Of a stretch of 64,000 bases of DNA, positions 10,848-44,059 are shown one piece after another. Location: contig NC_090376.1 of NCBI RefSeq assembly GCF_036365525.1, positions 26,158,311-26,222,310 on the forward strand, in the 5' to 3' direction. Position 1 is the first letter of the stretch. The number at the start of each line of letters is the position of its first letter. The position numbers and the translations under genes were made by a program. This stretch comes from Heterodontus francisci. Lineage: Eukaryota. The notes beneath the pieces were generated by a model that was given only the letters and a program-made list of their open reading frames with translations, was not told the origin of the DNA and did no database searches.

Positions 10848-11329
10848 AACATCTGCAGTACACATTATCTGTTTTCTACTCATTTTCCATAAAACTTGGA
10901 ATTATATTGAACTAACTGGGTGATCTTGTTACAATGAGATGACAGAGAGAAGATAAACATTGGAATAATATTTAAGGAAGAGAATACAAGGTTTAAACAG
11001 GTCTGTAGATCTCAACTATTTTGAAGTGTTTTTGTGTTCTGGGGTGTGACTGTTTGCTTTTGTTCGTGCCTTATAAGGTAGGGACAGCTGTTAAATGCAG
11101 ATTATTCTGAAGTTTTCATAGCGATAAAAGGTATAGTTGAAGAATTTTCCAAGTACATGGTTTTGAAGATGCAGTTAGTACCTTTTTTAGGCCTTTCATA
11201 GGCTTTTAATGAAATCCATTAAAGTACATTGCCATGGTTTTAGATGTTGAACTCAATGGGTTTTTTTTTTAGGAATAACGAGTTTGAAAACTAAAACACC
11301 AGTTTGTTTATATAACTTTTATATTTTTT

Positions 11330-11669
11330 TTAGAGATACAGCACCAAAACAGGCCCTTCGGCCCACCGAGTCTGTGCCGACCATCAACCACCCATTGATA
11401 CTAATCCTACACTAATCCCATATTCCAACCACATCCCCACCTGTCCCTATATTCCCCTACCACCTACCTATACTAAGGACAATTTATAATTGCCAATTTA
11501 TCTATCAACCTGCAAGTCTTTGGCTGTGGGAGGAAACCGGAGCACCCGGTGAAAACCCACGCAGACACAGGGAGAACTTGCAAACTCTACACAGGCAGTA
11601 CCCAGAATTGAACCCGGGTCGCTGGAACTGTGAGGCTACGGTGCTAACCACTGCGCCACTGTGCCGCCC
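11330..11669 (-). mobile_element. V-SINE (HE1-like), full length
   Basis: Near-identical to 4580-4912. Confidence 0.92.
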
Positions 11670-12439
11670 ATCTCAATTCTATATATGCTGTGATTGTTTA
11701 CATAGTATTGTCTTGACCCGTGCTCTGATTTTCTTTTGCTGTCCAACGATAGCTGTAGGCTGACACTTTGTATTTCAGTCTAGTTACATGGCCGCATATA
11801 GAAAATTCTGTACGTAAATGCCCTCTCGCTACTCCGTGGTGCTTTTCCTCAGTTTTGTAAATCATTCAGGCCAGATCCGTTGTGGCAGGAAATAAGATGG
11901 TACAGAATGGCTGTCTGTATTTATTCCACACACTGTTTAAAAATCATTAGCAAAGTAGTTTTGTGTCAATTTCACAAAGCAAAATGCCACCAGAATGAGA
12001 TACATGGTTATGGAACTAGATTTTAGTGGGATTTAGAAAGCCAAGATACAGCTATGAGAAACTAAAAGTGCTGGAGCTGCTGACTGACCTACCATTTCAG
12101 CATTGATACAGTACAACCAAAGACATTTTTAAAAGTACACACAGGAATTGATATATTTTTGAAATGCGACCAGTGCATCCCTTTTAAAATTGAACTCAAA
12201 TTTGTGGAAACAATAATAATGTTATAAATATGTTTAGCAATCAGTTTCTTTTGACATCCAAAGTAAATTGGGATCTATAATTTCAAATTGTTATGTCTTA
12301 TTTTGTTTTTAGTGATGCAACAATACTTCACATCTCTAAGAGCTTCGAAATTTCCTGTGTGGTGTTTGTCACTTTAAAGTTAACCAGGTGTGTTTGACTG
12401 GCCAATTTTAAGATCTCTCTGTGGGTCACTGAGTATATC

Positions 12440-12680
12440 CATGTGAGTAGCTAAGACATTCAGACCAGGAAGGCCCTGGGGATTGTCCTGTTTCATACTA
12501 TGTTAACTATTCTCAGCTAGGATAGTGGTACGAGTACGACAATTTGCCTCAGTGCTTCTTGGTTAGGGATAGGAAAATTATTCGGGTTTCTACTCCTAGT
12601 CGCCATCTGGAAAATAGTGCTACAAGTTCAGATGTGGTGGATGTTGATGAAAACTAGATTAGGTTCAGTAATTCTCAATC
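12440..12680 (+). mobile_element. Old tRNA-derived SINE family (diverged; other copies near 14985, 17500, 22935, 34020, 34455, 51800)
   Basis: Shared blocks CAGACCAGGAAGG, GTTAGCTGATCTyAGC, GCCTCAGTGC and GCTGGAAAG between copies. Confidence 0.55.
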
Positions 12681-13100
12681 CAGTTCTAGCGAGAAGGGCC
12701 CACACCACAAAACTGTTCCGAACTTCTCTTAAATTCCATAGGAGGAAAGGTGTCTGAAATGGGAAATAAGATGTCTTGCTGCCTTAGTAGTGGGTGTGCA
12801 ACTGAGGTTGAGTCTGACCACTTTGTAGAGTATAACTGAGGAAACTGTAATCTGCACCTAATCATGCTATATTATAGCAGGGAGTGCTTGATGGCTAACA
12901 CTAACTAACATTCCTTTTTAAAAAAGAGAATGATCAGAAGTTGCCTCTGTATGATTCAAGACTATTGGTGCCAGGATGGAACAGCCTGGGATCTAGCTAT
13001 AAAGGCAGATAAGTTTTTTTTTAAACTTCATTTTTTTTCCCGGATCCCATATTATGCTTTTTATTTTACTTACAGAGATTGTTAAGTTAAAGACTTCAAC

Positions 13101-13805
13101 ATGTCTGAACCAATAACGCTGAATGTAGGGGGAAGGTTATACACCACTTCCCTGATGACTTTAACTCACTATCCAGAATCGATGATTGGCTCAATGTTTA
13201 GTGGAACATTGTCTACCAGCAAGGATCTGCAAGGAAACTACTTCATAGACCGAGATGGAGAAATGTTTCGATACATCCTGAATTTCCTTCGAACATCACA
13301 CTTGGACCTTCCAAATGATTTCCAAGAGCTGGATCTTCTGAGCAGAGAGGCTGATTTTTACCAGATCCAACCTCTGCTGGAGGCTTTGCAAAAGATCAAG
13401 TCCCCGGTTACTAAAATAAAAAAGAATGTAATGCTTAACATCATTCACGACTCGCAATTTCTTAATGTGGGCTCCGGTAGCATAAAAGTTGTTAATATCC
13501 GAGCATTTTCCACCTCGTGTGCCTTACTGAAGCTCCTGAATTCCAAATTCTACTATGGAGACAAGGTGTTTGCAGGTTCCAACCTGGAGAATCTGAAATT
13601 TATTTCACTAGAGTGGTTTGAAAGTAACACAAGTGGAATGCAAAGTTGGAAAAGCCTCCATGTTTCACCATCTCATCAGCAAATCAAAAATCTGGAAATG
13701 TTTGTTCAACAAGTCATAAAAATAGCAGTCGATGGTGGATTCCTTCTTCATTCCATTCCTTCTGTTTTATCCAACCCAGTGATCCTGAATTTCACTCTGT
13801 ACTGA
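13101..13805 (+). CDS. KCTD21: BTB/POZ domain-containing protein KCTD21 (234 aa, single coding exon)
   Basis: MSEPITLNVGG...YFIDRDG...FRYILNFLRTSHLDLP...EADFYQIQPL T1-type BTB domain. C-terminal FSTSCALLKLLNSK and QIKNLEMFVQQVIKIAVDGGF resemble KCTD21. Acceptor ends at 13075, with an in-frame TAA upstream of the ATG. Adjacent to ALG8 as in mammals. Confidence 0.93.
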   Translation: MSEPITLNVGGRLYTTSLMTLTHYPESMIGSMFSGTLSTSKDLQGNYFIDRDGEMFRYILNFLRTSHLDLPNDFQELDLLSREADFYQIQPLLEALQKIKSPVTKIKKNVMLNIIHDSQFLNVGSGSIKVVNIRAFSTSCALLKLLNSKFYYGDKVFAGSNLENLKFISLEWFESNTSGMQSWKSLHVSPSHQQIKNLEMFVQQVIKIAVDGGFLLHSIPSVLSNPVILNFTLY

Positions 13806-13919
13806 TAACACTGCAAGCCAACTGACGGGTTCCCAATCTTTCGGGTTTAAAAAAAAAAGCCTCTCCCTTCTGCTTGTTTCTTATATAGAACTGAAGTTAT
13901 TACCAGCTATGTACTTCGT

Positions 13920-13925
13920 AATAAA
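13920..13925 (+). terminator. Candidate KCTD21 poly(A) signal
   Basis: AATAAA 115 nt after the stop; another near 14416. Confidence 0.45.
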
Positions 13926-15091
13926 ACTCCTGGTGTATAATGTGCAGTATCATGAATGTTATTTCTTTTACTGGTACAGTTGAATTTTGCTGTTAAAACT
14001 GATGTTGCTAGATTCACTTGTTGTACAGTTATTTAGAACAAAACAGTGTAAGTATGCTCATACATTTCTGAGAGTTACTGATCACTGCACAGTCTCAGTT
14101 CATCTAGACCAGATGTCCTTGGCTGTAGATGAATTACTGATTACTTGGTGACTGCTTTGTCTAGCAGCCATCTCTTGAACTCATTTATACACTTAGCTGC
14201 ATGGCCTTTTGTGGCAGCTTAATCCATATGTTCTTTGTATGAAATAGGTCTGTTTTTTTTTGTCTAATTATGCCTCCGTGAAGTGCCTTGGGATGTTTCC
14301 TATATTAAAGGCTATTTATAAATGCAAGTTGTTGTTGTTCGTATGACTTTCCACAATGATGTACATTCACTGTTGATTTCTCTGGTTACACAAAACGAGG
14401 TTTATAGAGAGTTAAATAAAAATGGAGACAACATTGGTCCTAAGTTGTAATATTTTTACCAGTTGAGGTTTGGAAAGAAATATATCAAAGCACTTCATAT
14501 AATATAAATTACTGTTTTGCTATGGAATGTATGTTATGCAGGCAAATGAGGCGTGAGCCATTTTGCACACAGCAAGATTCCACAAATGTTTATCAGCAAA
14601 TAGTTTTCTTTGGCAATAACTAAGAATAAAATTTAGTTAAATCTTACTGACAATATGTGCAAAACACAACACTTAAAGATACATAAGGCATAATAATATA
14701 GTGGTTATGAAATGGACCAGCAATGCTGTAGTTGAGAGTTCAAATCCCACCTTGGTAAATTCCTGCTGCAATTAAAAACAGGCGATCAACACTGTGGGGA
14801 AACCAGCCCACTGCCTCACACCTCAAAATCGAAGCTACCTCTTTCCCCACATAAATATAACTTCCTCAGCGTTGTATTCATGGTTTTAGCTATCCGACTA
14901 AATTATCCTCCCAAATAATTAAAAATATTCCTTTAAAACATACCACACAGATCAATGGTTATGTACACCATGTGGCTTAGTACTGAACCATACAGATTCT
15001 GTGACAAGTTAGCTGATCTTAGCCAGGGCAGCAGTGCCTATAGGCTGAAGGATTCAGGTGGAGGTGGGGAGCGTATTAAACCTGCATCGGC

Positions 15092-15828
15092 CAGGACTCA
15101 GTTAGTAGCACTCTTGTCTCTGAGCCACTCCAGGGACCTGAGCACCAAAGTCAAGGTTGACTCTCCAGTACAGTACTGAGGAAGTGCTACACTGTCAGAG
15201 GTGCTGTCTTTCAGATATGCCATTACACTGAGGCCCTATCTGCCAGGTGAACATGGAAGATCCCATGCTACTATTTTAAAGTTATCCCTGGTGCCCTGAC
15301 CAATAATTATCCCTCAGTCTACATCACAAACAGATTATCTGGTTGTCACATTGCTGTTTGTGCGAGTGCTGTGTGCAAATTGGCTGCTGTGTTTCCTACA
15401 CTTCAAAAGTACTTCATTGGCTTTTTAACAGCCTAGGATACATTTAGATTAGATTAGAGATACAGCACTGAAACAGGCCCTTCGGCCCACCGAGTCTGTG
15501 CCGACCATCAACCACCCATTTATACTAATCCTACACTAATCCCATATTCCTACCAAACATCCCCACCTGTCCCTATATTTCCCTACCACCTACCTATACT
15601 AGTGACAATTTATAATGGCCAATTTACCTACCAACCTGCAAGTCTTTTGGCTTGTGGGAAGAAACCGGAGCACCCGGAGAAAACCCACGCAGACACAGGG
15701 AGAACTTGCAAACTCCACACAGGCAGTACCCAGAATCGAACCCGGGTCCCTGGAGCTGTGAGGCTTTACAGTGCTTTGGGACATCCTGTGGTTATGAAAG
15801 GTGCTATATAAATGCAAGCCTTTCTTTA
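15092..15828 (+). mobile_element. DeuSINE (SacSINE1/AmnSINE1-like) with L2 tail, interrupted by a V-SINE
   Basis: CAGTACAGTACTGAGG...GGTGCTGTCTTTCAG...GATCCCATG...CACATTGCTGTTTGTG...AAATTGGCTGC body; tail GTGCTTTGGGACATCC...GCTATATAAATGCAAG resumes near 15765. Confidence 0.8.
15443..15765 (-). mobile_element. V-SINE (HE1-like), 5'-truncated, nested in the DeuSINE
   Basis: Same family; (TTAGA)n tail. Confidence 0.92.
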
Positions 15829-16174
15829 TTCGCCTTCAATGACTCCTGCTGGAAAGGAGTATAAATGTCAGGTGGGGTTTATCTGCATTGCCCTCTTTTC
15901 CCCAGCCTATTCTGTCTAATGGTTGTTGACATTACTAAAGGGTGATTGTTTGATTCAGGTATTAGAGGGTTTCTAATATCCATCAAGTTGTACCTTAAGC
16001 TAAGCTACCATCCTGGGAATAAGAAAACCATTTTGAAACTTGTTTGTGTTTGGATAACTGTTTACTTGCCAACTGAGGCTGCGGTCATTTCCATGAAAGA
16101 CAGAAACAGGCTTGAGGCTACCACTTGCAAATCATCAGTCCTGAGCTAATAACTGTACACCAGTCTTTTATATA

Positions 16175-16708
16175 TTAGGACTATATCTCCAACACAGAAG
16201 TCCTTGAAGCGGCCAACACCCCCAGCTTATACACACTACTGAGTCAGCGGCGCTTGAGATGGCTTGGCCATGTGAGCCGCATGGAAGATGGCAGGATCCC
16301 CAAAGACACATTGTACAGCGAGCTCGCCACTGGTATCAGACCCACCGGCCGTCCATGTCTCCATTATAAAGACGTCTGCAAACGCGACATGAAATCGTGT
16401 GACATTGATCACAAGTCGTGGGAGTCAGTTGCCAGCATTCGCCAGAGCTGGCGGGCAGCCATAAAGACAGGGCTAAATTGTGGCGAGTCGAAGAGACTTA
16501 GTAGTTGGCAGGAAAAAAGACAGAGGCGCAAGGGGAGAGCCAACTGTGCAACAGCCCCAACAAACAAATTTCTCTGCAGCACCTGTGGAAGAGCCTGTCA
16601 CTCCAGAATTGGCCTTTATAGCCACTCCAGGCGCTGCTTCACAAACCACTGACCACCTCCAGGCGCGTATCCATTGTCTCTCGAGATAAGGAGGCCCAAA
16701 AGAAAAGA
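16175..16708 (+). mobile_element. RTE-clade LINE 3' fragment with 13-bp TSD
   Basis: ORF 16254-16652 (RWLGHVSRM...CSTCGRACHSRIGLYSHSRRC zinc finger); TSD AGTCTTTTATATA at 16162-16174 and 16709-16721. Confidence 0.93.
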
Positions 16709-16935
16709 AGTCTTTTATATAAGAGAATACCACATTTAATCAAACTTTTAAAATAAAAATACTTAAAACTTTCTCTGAAGTAACAGCAATAAAATATTCC
16801 ATAAAAAAGTAACAGTTTCTCATAAAGTTTAAAGGAATAGTGAATCAACTGTTACAGCAGGGAGGTTCCCTTGCACTCACTCAGTGAGTTGCTTTGTTCG
16901 CACTGTGAGTTCGAATAAAGTTGTGTGAAACAGCA

Positions 16936-38405
<21,470 letters not shown>

Positions 38406-38466
38406 TTGATGGACTGGTTCATATGCTTTATTTGGGCTTCTGAATATGCTGTTAACTTGGAGTAAC

Positions 38467-38560
38467 AATACAGGAATCATGGACACAACAAAGGAATCTT
38501 GGCATGGATATAATACAGGAATTGTGGACACAATACAGCAATCATGGACATAATCCAGTA
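38467..38560 (+). repeat. About 20-bp minisatellite (AATACAGGAATCATGGACAC) x ~4.5 in the ALG8 3'UTR
   Basis: Units read directly from the sequence. Confidence 0.85.
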
Positions 38561-39029
38561 TGAGGCTACTGCAGCTGTGATGTAGACCTTGTTTTGCTAC
38601 AGATTTTGAAAGCACTAGTGCTGGGAGTGTCATTATGTTTCAAATATGGATATATTTTCAGTGCATTTAACAATAATTGCATGGTATTGTGTCTTTATTG
38701 ATGTTTAAGATTGATTTCACTATCCTGAATAACTGGATTAAAGATTTGTCCTTCTCCTGTCATAGAGTTATACAGCACAGAAACAGGCTCTTTGGCCCAT
38801 TGTGTCCATGCTGGCCATCAAGCCCATCTATTCTAATCCCATTTTCCAGCACTTGGCCTGAAGCCTTGTATGCTATGGTGTTTCAAGTGCTCATCTAAAT
38901 ACTGTGAATTATGAATTTTCTTGTCATGCTACTCACAGTATGCCATTGGATGCAATGTGTTTTGTTATGCAAAATTCAGTACATTGTGACTATTATTATT
39001 AAAATGATATTGATAGTGAATTTTGAAAT

Positions 39030-39035
39030 AATAAA
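39030..39035 (+). terminator. Candidate ALG8 poly(A) signal
   Basis: AATAAA; further copies near 39364 and 39475. Confidence 0.4.
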
Positions 39036-40124
39036 TCTGCATCACTTTTATATCAACAGCATAAACTGTTTTTTTAAGTCGAGGTATACCCTGGACTTCC
39101 AAACGTTTGTACAAGTCTGTTCTTGATTGGACATTTTAAAGAAAGATCTATTGAAGTGTCAATAGTTTTTCTTGGGACCAAAACTATTTCTGTAATGGAT
39201 ACAGCTTATGTGTATGTTTCCATTAACCTATGTGCATTGTGAATTGTAAATGTAACATGGAAAGGTGTTTACTTTACAAATACAAAATCCTGCAGCTGTG
39301 CTTTGAAATGAGATCATGTCAGAGTAACTGCAATCCAAAAACAAAACAGTTTGTTCAGTGCAGAATAAATTGATTTTCTTATTTGTATAAAGGAATAGCA
39401 GTGAAAGAAGTAACACTTGATTGACATTTGGGATGGAATTATGTCAAATCATGAAATTCATTTTATATAACATAAATAAAGGAGATTCTTTGCACTTTTT
39501 TTTATTGTTTCTGACCTCCTTTTGCCTCAAACAACTTAAAATACTGCTGGGGCATAGGGCCGAATTTAACATTCACCAGTAAGTCAATAAAATTAAAGTC
39601 ATAGAACTGAAAAGCCTGTGCTGAATTTACACCTCAAGCAGTGTAATTCTGAGCTCAGTTGCACATGTCAAAGGTTTGACATTCAAAATATTTCATTGTA
39701 TTTTCTAAAATTAATTTCTCTGTAAACTGCATTTTTGTCAGAATATGCAGATTAAAGAAAGACTAAAAGAAAAGAAAAACTTGTCTTTATACAGCCCTGC
39801 ACACCACCGCAGGATGTCCCAAAGTGCTTTACAGACCGTTAAGTACTTCTAAAGTGTAGTCACTGTTGTAAATTTTTGATATTCTCTGGCCAACCATTTT
39901 CAGTTGCTTCATGAGTGACCGTTCCACTATCATAAAGTTAGAGATGGAGCAATTGCTGCTAATTGCAGTGTTCAGTTTCATTCACAATTCCTCTAATAAT
40001 GAAGTAGATTGTGCCAGCCTACATCAGGACCTGAATAATTTCCCAGATTGTGCTGACAAGTTGGCAGTTCCATGCTATATAAGTGCTTTATAATGAACAT
40101 CTTGGACAAAACAAAGCTGTCTCT

Positions 40125-40745
40125 GGCCTTCACTGGCATCACCATTGCCAACTACTTAACCATCAACACCTTGGAGAAATAGAATCAACAGAAGCTGAGC
40201 TGGACCAGACATATAAATATCAGGGCTATGATACAGGACAGAGGTGACCAGTGGCTTACCTAATGCCCCCCCTCCACCATCTACAAGGTTCACATGCGAT
40301 GGTAAACCCACCACTCGACTGAATGGATGTATCAGCAACAGCCGAGAAGATCGATTTCATCCAACAGAAAAAGTCTGTTCATCAACTCCCCTGTCACTGA
40401 ACTCAATATGCATCTCTTCCAAGACTGGAGCACTGATTTCTGCATGTACTGTACACTAGATGCACTGCAGCAAATTGCAAATCCTACTTTGGCAGTAACG
40501 TGCAGCCTTATGACCCAATGCTGCTCTTGTCGCTCTTAGTAGCAAAATCACGGAATCATCATCACCTCTAAGTTCCATGAGAAGTGAAATCCTGTCTCGG
40601 CCATATATTGCCATTACTTCATTGTCACTGGGTCAAAATCCTGAACAAACACTATTATGGGGGCACTATCATCACAAGGATTATTAACAGTTCTAGGAGA
40701 AGCCCCACTACCCAGGAAAGGTAAATGCAGCCTTGCCAGCATTGC
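40125..40745 (+). mobile_element. Degraded CR1-related (Crack/Zenon-like) LINE 3' fragment
   Basis: CCACCATCTACAAGG, ATATTGCC and GGGTCAAAATCCTG blocks shared with 8600-10718. Confidence 0.7.
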
Positions 40746-41316
40746 TTATAGTTTGAGAGCGGAAAAAACAGATGCCTTGGGATAGTGATTGGTTATTCAT
40801 TTGTAATTAAAACTCTGCTGTTTGGGGGTTAACTGTGAATTACTAAGATGTATAAGGAAAAATTTGCTTGCCTGTTGGGCCCCAATATCACTTTTCTGAG
40901 CTGCCGATGTAAACTGCGTGATTGGTGGGCTGTACAATGGAGCATCAGAAATGATGATCATGGAGAGCAGTGGTTAAATACTTATGCAGTCATGTAAGCC
41001 CCTGCATGCATATAGAGCAGGCCCTGTTATTTTCAATTACTTTGCTGTAGAATGGATGCTGGGAAACCAAGAATAGCACATTTCAATTATCAAGCACCCA
41101 ACATCCTTATATGTGAACTACAGGAAAAGATCCCTTCTCTGCCTCTGCCTCTAAACTCCCCAAATTACTGACCAGTAATGCTGAATTGTCACTGTCATAA
41201 ATCTTAATGATGACAGCAATTTCTTGGCTTAAGGGAGTGTTCATGGCAAATCAAACTGTGCATGATATGTTGGAAAGAATAGATTGGATGAACTCAGGGT
41301 CCATTGCTCATTCACT

Positions 41317-42250
41317 AAAAAGCAAAATACTGCAAATGCTGGAAATCTGAAATAAAAACAGGAAGTGCTGGAAATACTCAGCAGGTCTGGCAGCATCTGT
41401 GGAGAGAGAAACATTCTCCCAGTTTCTCCAACTCCGACGTATCTGTTCTGATGATGCAACCTTCCACAACAGCACTTCTGATATGTCTTCCTTTTTCCTC
41501 AACCGAGGATTCTGCCGCACCCCCCCCCCCCCCCCCCCCCCCCCGCCTACTGTGGTTGACAGGGCCCTCAAACATGTCTGACCTATTTCCCACACTACTG
41601 TCCTCACCCATTCCCCTCCCTCCCAGAACTGGCACCGAGTTCCCTTCCCACAGCACCTTCCCGTGCCCTTTTACCTCCTCTCTCCTCACCATTCAAGGCC
41701 CCAAACATTCCTTCCAGGTGAATCAGCGATTTAGTTGTACTTCTTTCAATTTAGTACACTGTATTTGCTGTTACAGTTCGGTCCCCTCCGCTCAGTCCAC
41801 AAGCATGACCCCAAGCTTCCAGTTGCTTGCCATTTTAATTCACCACCTCGCTCTCACACCCACATTTCTGTCCTCAGCCTGCTGAAGTGTTCCAGTGAAG
41901 CTCAATGCAAGCTTAAGAAACAGCACCTCATCTTCCGATTAGGCACTTTACAGCCTTCTGGACTCAACATTGAGTTCAACAATTTCAGACCATGATCCAG
42001 CCTTAAACTTGTTTTTCATGTTCTTGGTCATTTAATCTCTCCTGCCCTCCAACCTATCACAGATATTCCCTTTTGTTCTTCTTCCCCCCCCCCCGCCCCC
42101 CCCCCCCCCTTTCACTTGCTCAAAGCCTATTCCATTTCTAACCTTTGTCAGTTCTGATGAAAGGTCACTGATCTAAAACTTTAACTCTGCTTCTCTCTCC
42201 ATAGATGCTGCCAGACCTGCTGAGTATTTCCAGTACTTCCTGTTTTTATA
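41317..42250 (+). mobile_element. Penelope-like element remnant with inverted pseudo-LTR and ~16-bp TSD
   Basis: SQFLQLRRICSDD (RT thumb) and GIY-YIG-region remnants PVACHFNS, QHLIFRLGTLQPSGLNIEF. 62-bp inverted repeat at 41352-41413 / 42188-42249. Flanks CCATTGCTCATTCACT / CCATTTCTCATTCTCT. Confidence 0.88.
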
Positions 42251-43527
42251 CCATTTCTCATTCTCTACCCTTCAGTTTTTACCAGAGTCCTCAAACTATC
42301 AGTTAAATAAAATATAAAATGTAAGTTGACATGTTTCATTTAAAAGAATGGACTGACAAGAATGTGAAATAGATAATGAAAATAAATGTTAAGTAGCCAT
42401 GTTTATCATGAATTACTCACTTAGAACCAAGTACCCCTTCCTGGAAATGTTGACAAAGTTCCCTTAAAATTATTATTGTTTCCTTTCTGAGCAGAAAGAA
42501 AATGAGCAAATTAAGGAGGTAAAACCTAAAATAATAATACAGTTTTTGTCTGTCCTCACTTTTCTGATTGGTTGGTGGGTTGATTTAGTGGACGAAGCCT
42601 AGGGCACATGGGGTCCATGATGAACTGGAGCATGCATGGTTGGTGGCGGTGGCAGTGGCATAGGGGAGAGGTCGGCGGAAGGTAAGGAGAGCCCAACAAC
42701 AAAGTTACCCTGGCTGGAGGGGTGGGAGGGAGCGGCATGATATGAGAGGGATGAAAGGAATGGGATGGGTATGGCATAACAGGAATGGTATGGGAAGGTA
42801 AGAAGTACTGTTGCAGTGCCAATGGTTGGTGTCGCTGTCTCCAAACAAAGATGGATAGTGTGTGTGTGTGTGTGTGAAGCAGTGTGGATTCTCCCTGACA
42901 GTTTTGAAGGTCGGTTGTTCTTTTTAAAGCTGAGGCAGAAATCAACGAGATGCGCCTGGATTCATCCTTTCCTTTCACCTTCTTCTAGTAGTATTAACGT
43001 ACGGTAGCTAGGACATGAGTATGTGCGAGCCTTACCGAGAATCACCTCAACAACAGTTGCAGGCTCAGTCAGCAGCCCCTCACTGGCCAGGGTCAGCAGT
43101 CAGGATTGTAGCGGGACTGATCCAGGAAGGTACCCGCTCCCATCGTGTTAAGGAGTGAAACGGAGATCTTGTTCCACTTTGTAAGTTAGCACAGCCTTGT
43201 GTTTAATTCGGGCAACCAATCCTACTGAATTTTAATTAGATGATGTTCAAGATGTCAGCCAAAGAACTGGGACTTGTGGGGGTGGGGTGGGGTGGGGGGT
43301 AGTTGGCGGGGGGGGGGGTGCATTGGGGTCAATATGGAAAAGTAGTGGGATGGGGATTGTACGAGAGGGTTGGCATGGGAAGGATGGAATGGCATAAGAT
43401 GAGTATGGCATGGGAGGAGCGGAAGGGAAGGGATGGCAATGGAGGGATGGGTGAGATTATGGAATTGGTTAAGTAAACTAATTTGACTGCAAACATTTTG
43501 TGGGTCTCTGCTAGTTAAGGCATATTT

Positions 43528-43770
43528 CACAGTGGCGCAGTGGCTAGCACCGCAGCCTCACAGCTCCAGCGACCCGGGTTCAATTCTGGGTACTGCCTGT
43601 GTGGAGTTTGCAAGTTCTCCCTGTGTCTGCGTGGGTTTCCTCCGGGTGCTCCGGTTTTCTCCCACATGCCAAAGACTTGCAGGTTGATAGGTAAATTGGC
43701 CATTATAAATTGCCCCTAGTATAGGTAGGAAATGTTTCAGTGCAGTATCTCTAAATAAAAAAAAATAAAC
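43528..43770 (+). mobile_element. V-SINE (HE1-like), internally deleted; the only plus-strand copy
   Basis: A box, B box and V-domain present; about 110 bp missing before the tail. Confidence 0.9.
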
Positions 43771-44059
43771 AAAACGTAATCTGTGTTTTTCTGAGTTTTC
43801 TCTATTCCTCTCCTGGGTTTGGTTTCATGGGTGCTGGCAACCCACAAGTACCTGCCCCTCGCAATCATTTTTCCATCCCATGTGACAACAGCCCATTCAA
43901 TCTTGGAGTCAAATGGCATGTGCACCGTCACCTGAGAACCACACACAAGCACTCGCAGCAGAGGTCACTGGTTGGTGATCAAGTGTAAGAACTTGGAGTG
44001 ATCTCCAAACCCAAAAATCCAATCTAACCTTGTCTAAACGTACTGCAGCCATTTGTAGC

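Noticed and set aside
13803-13808. TGA stop of KCTD21 as selenocysteine or read-through
   Set aside because: Immediately followed by TAA, and no SECIS-like element was recognised.
38467-38560. CRISPR-like periodic repeat
   Set aside because: Tandem units without unique spacers, in a vertebrate 3'UTR, with no cas genes.
41520-41544. Long poly-C run (others near 33620, 42083, 50547)
   Set aside because: Homopolymer expansions inside TE relics; lengths may also be sequencing-dependent.
43145-43156. Perfect U12 branch motif TCCTTAAC on the minus strand
   Set aside because: No matching U12 donor or coding exon found; an 8-mer is expected by chance in 64 kb.
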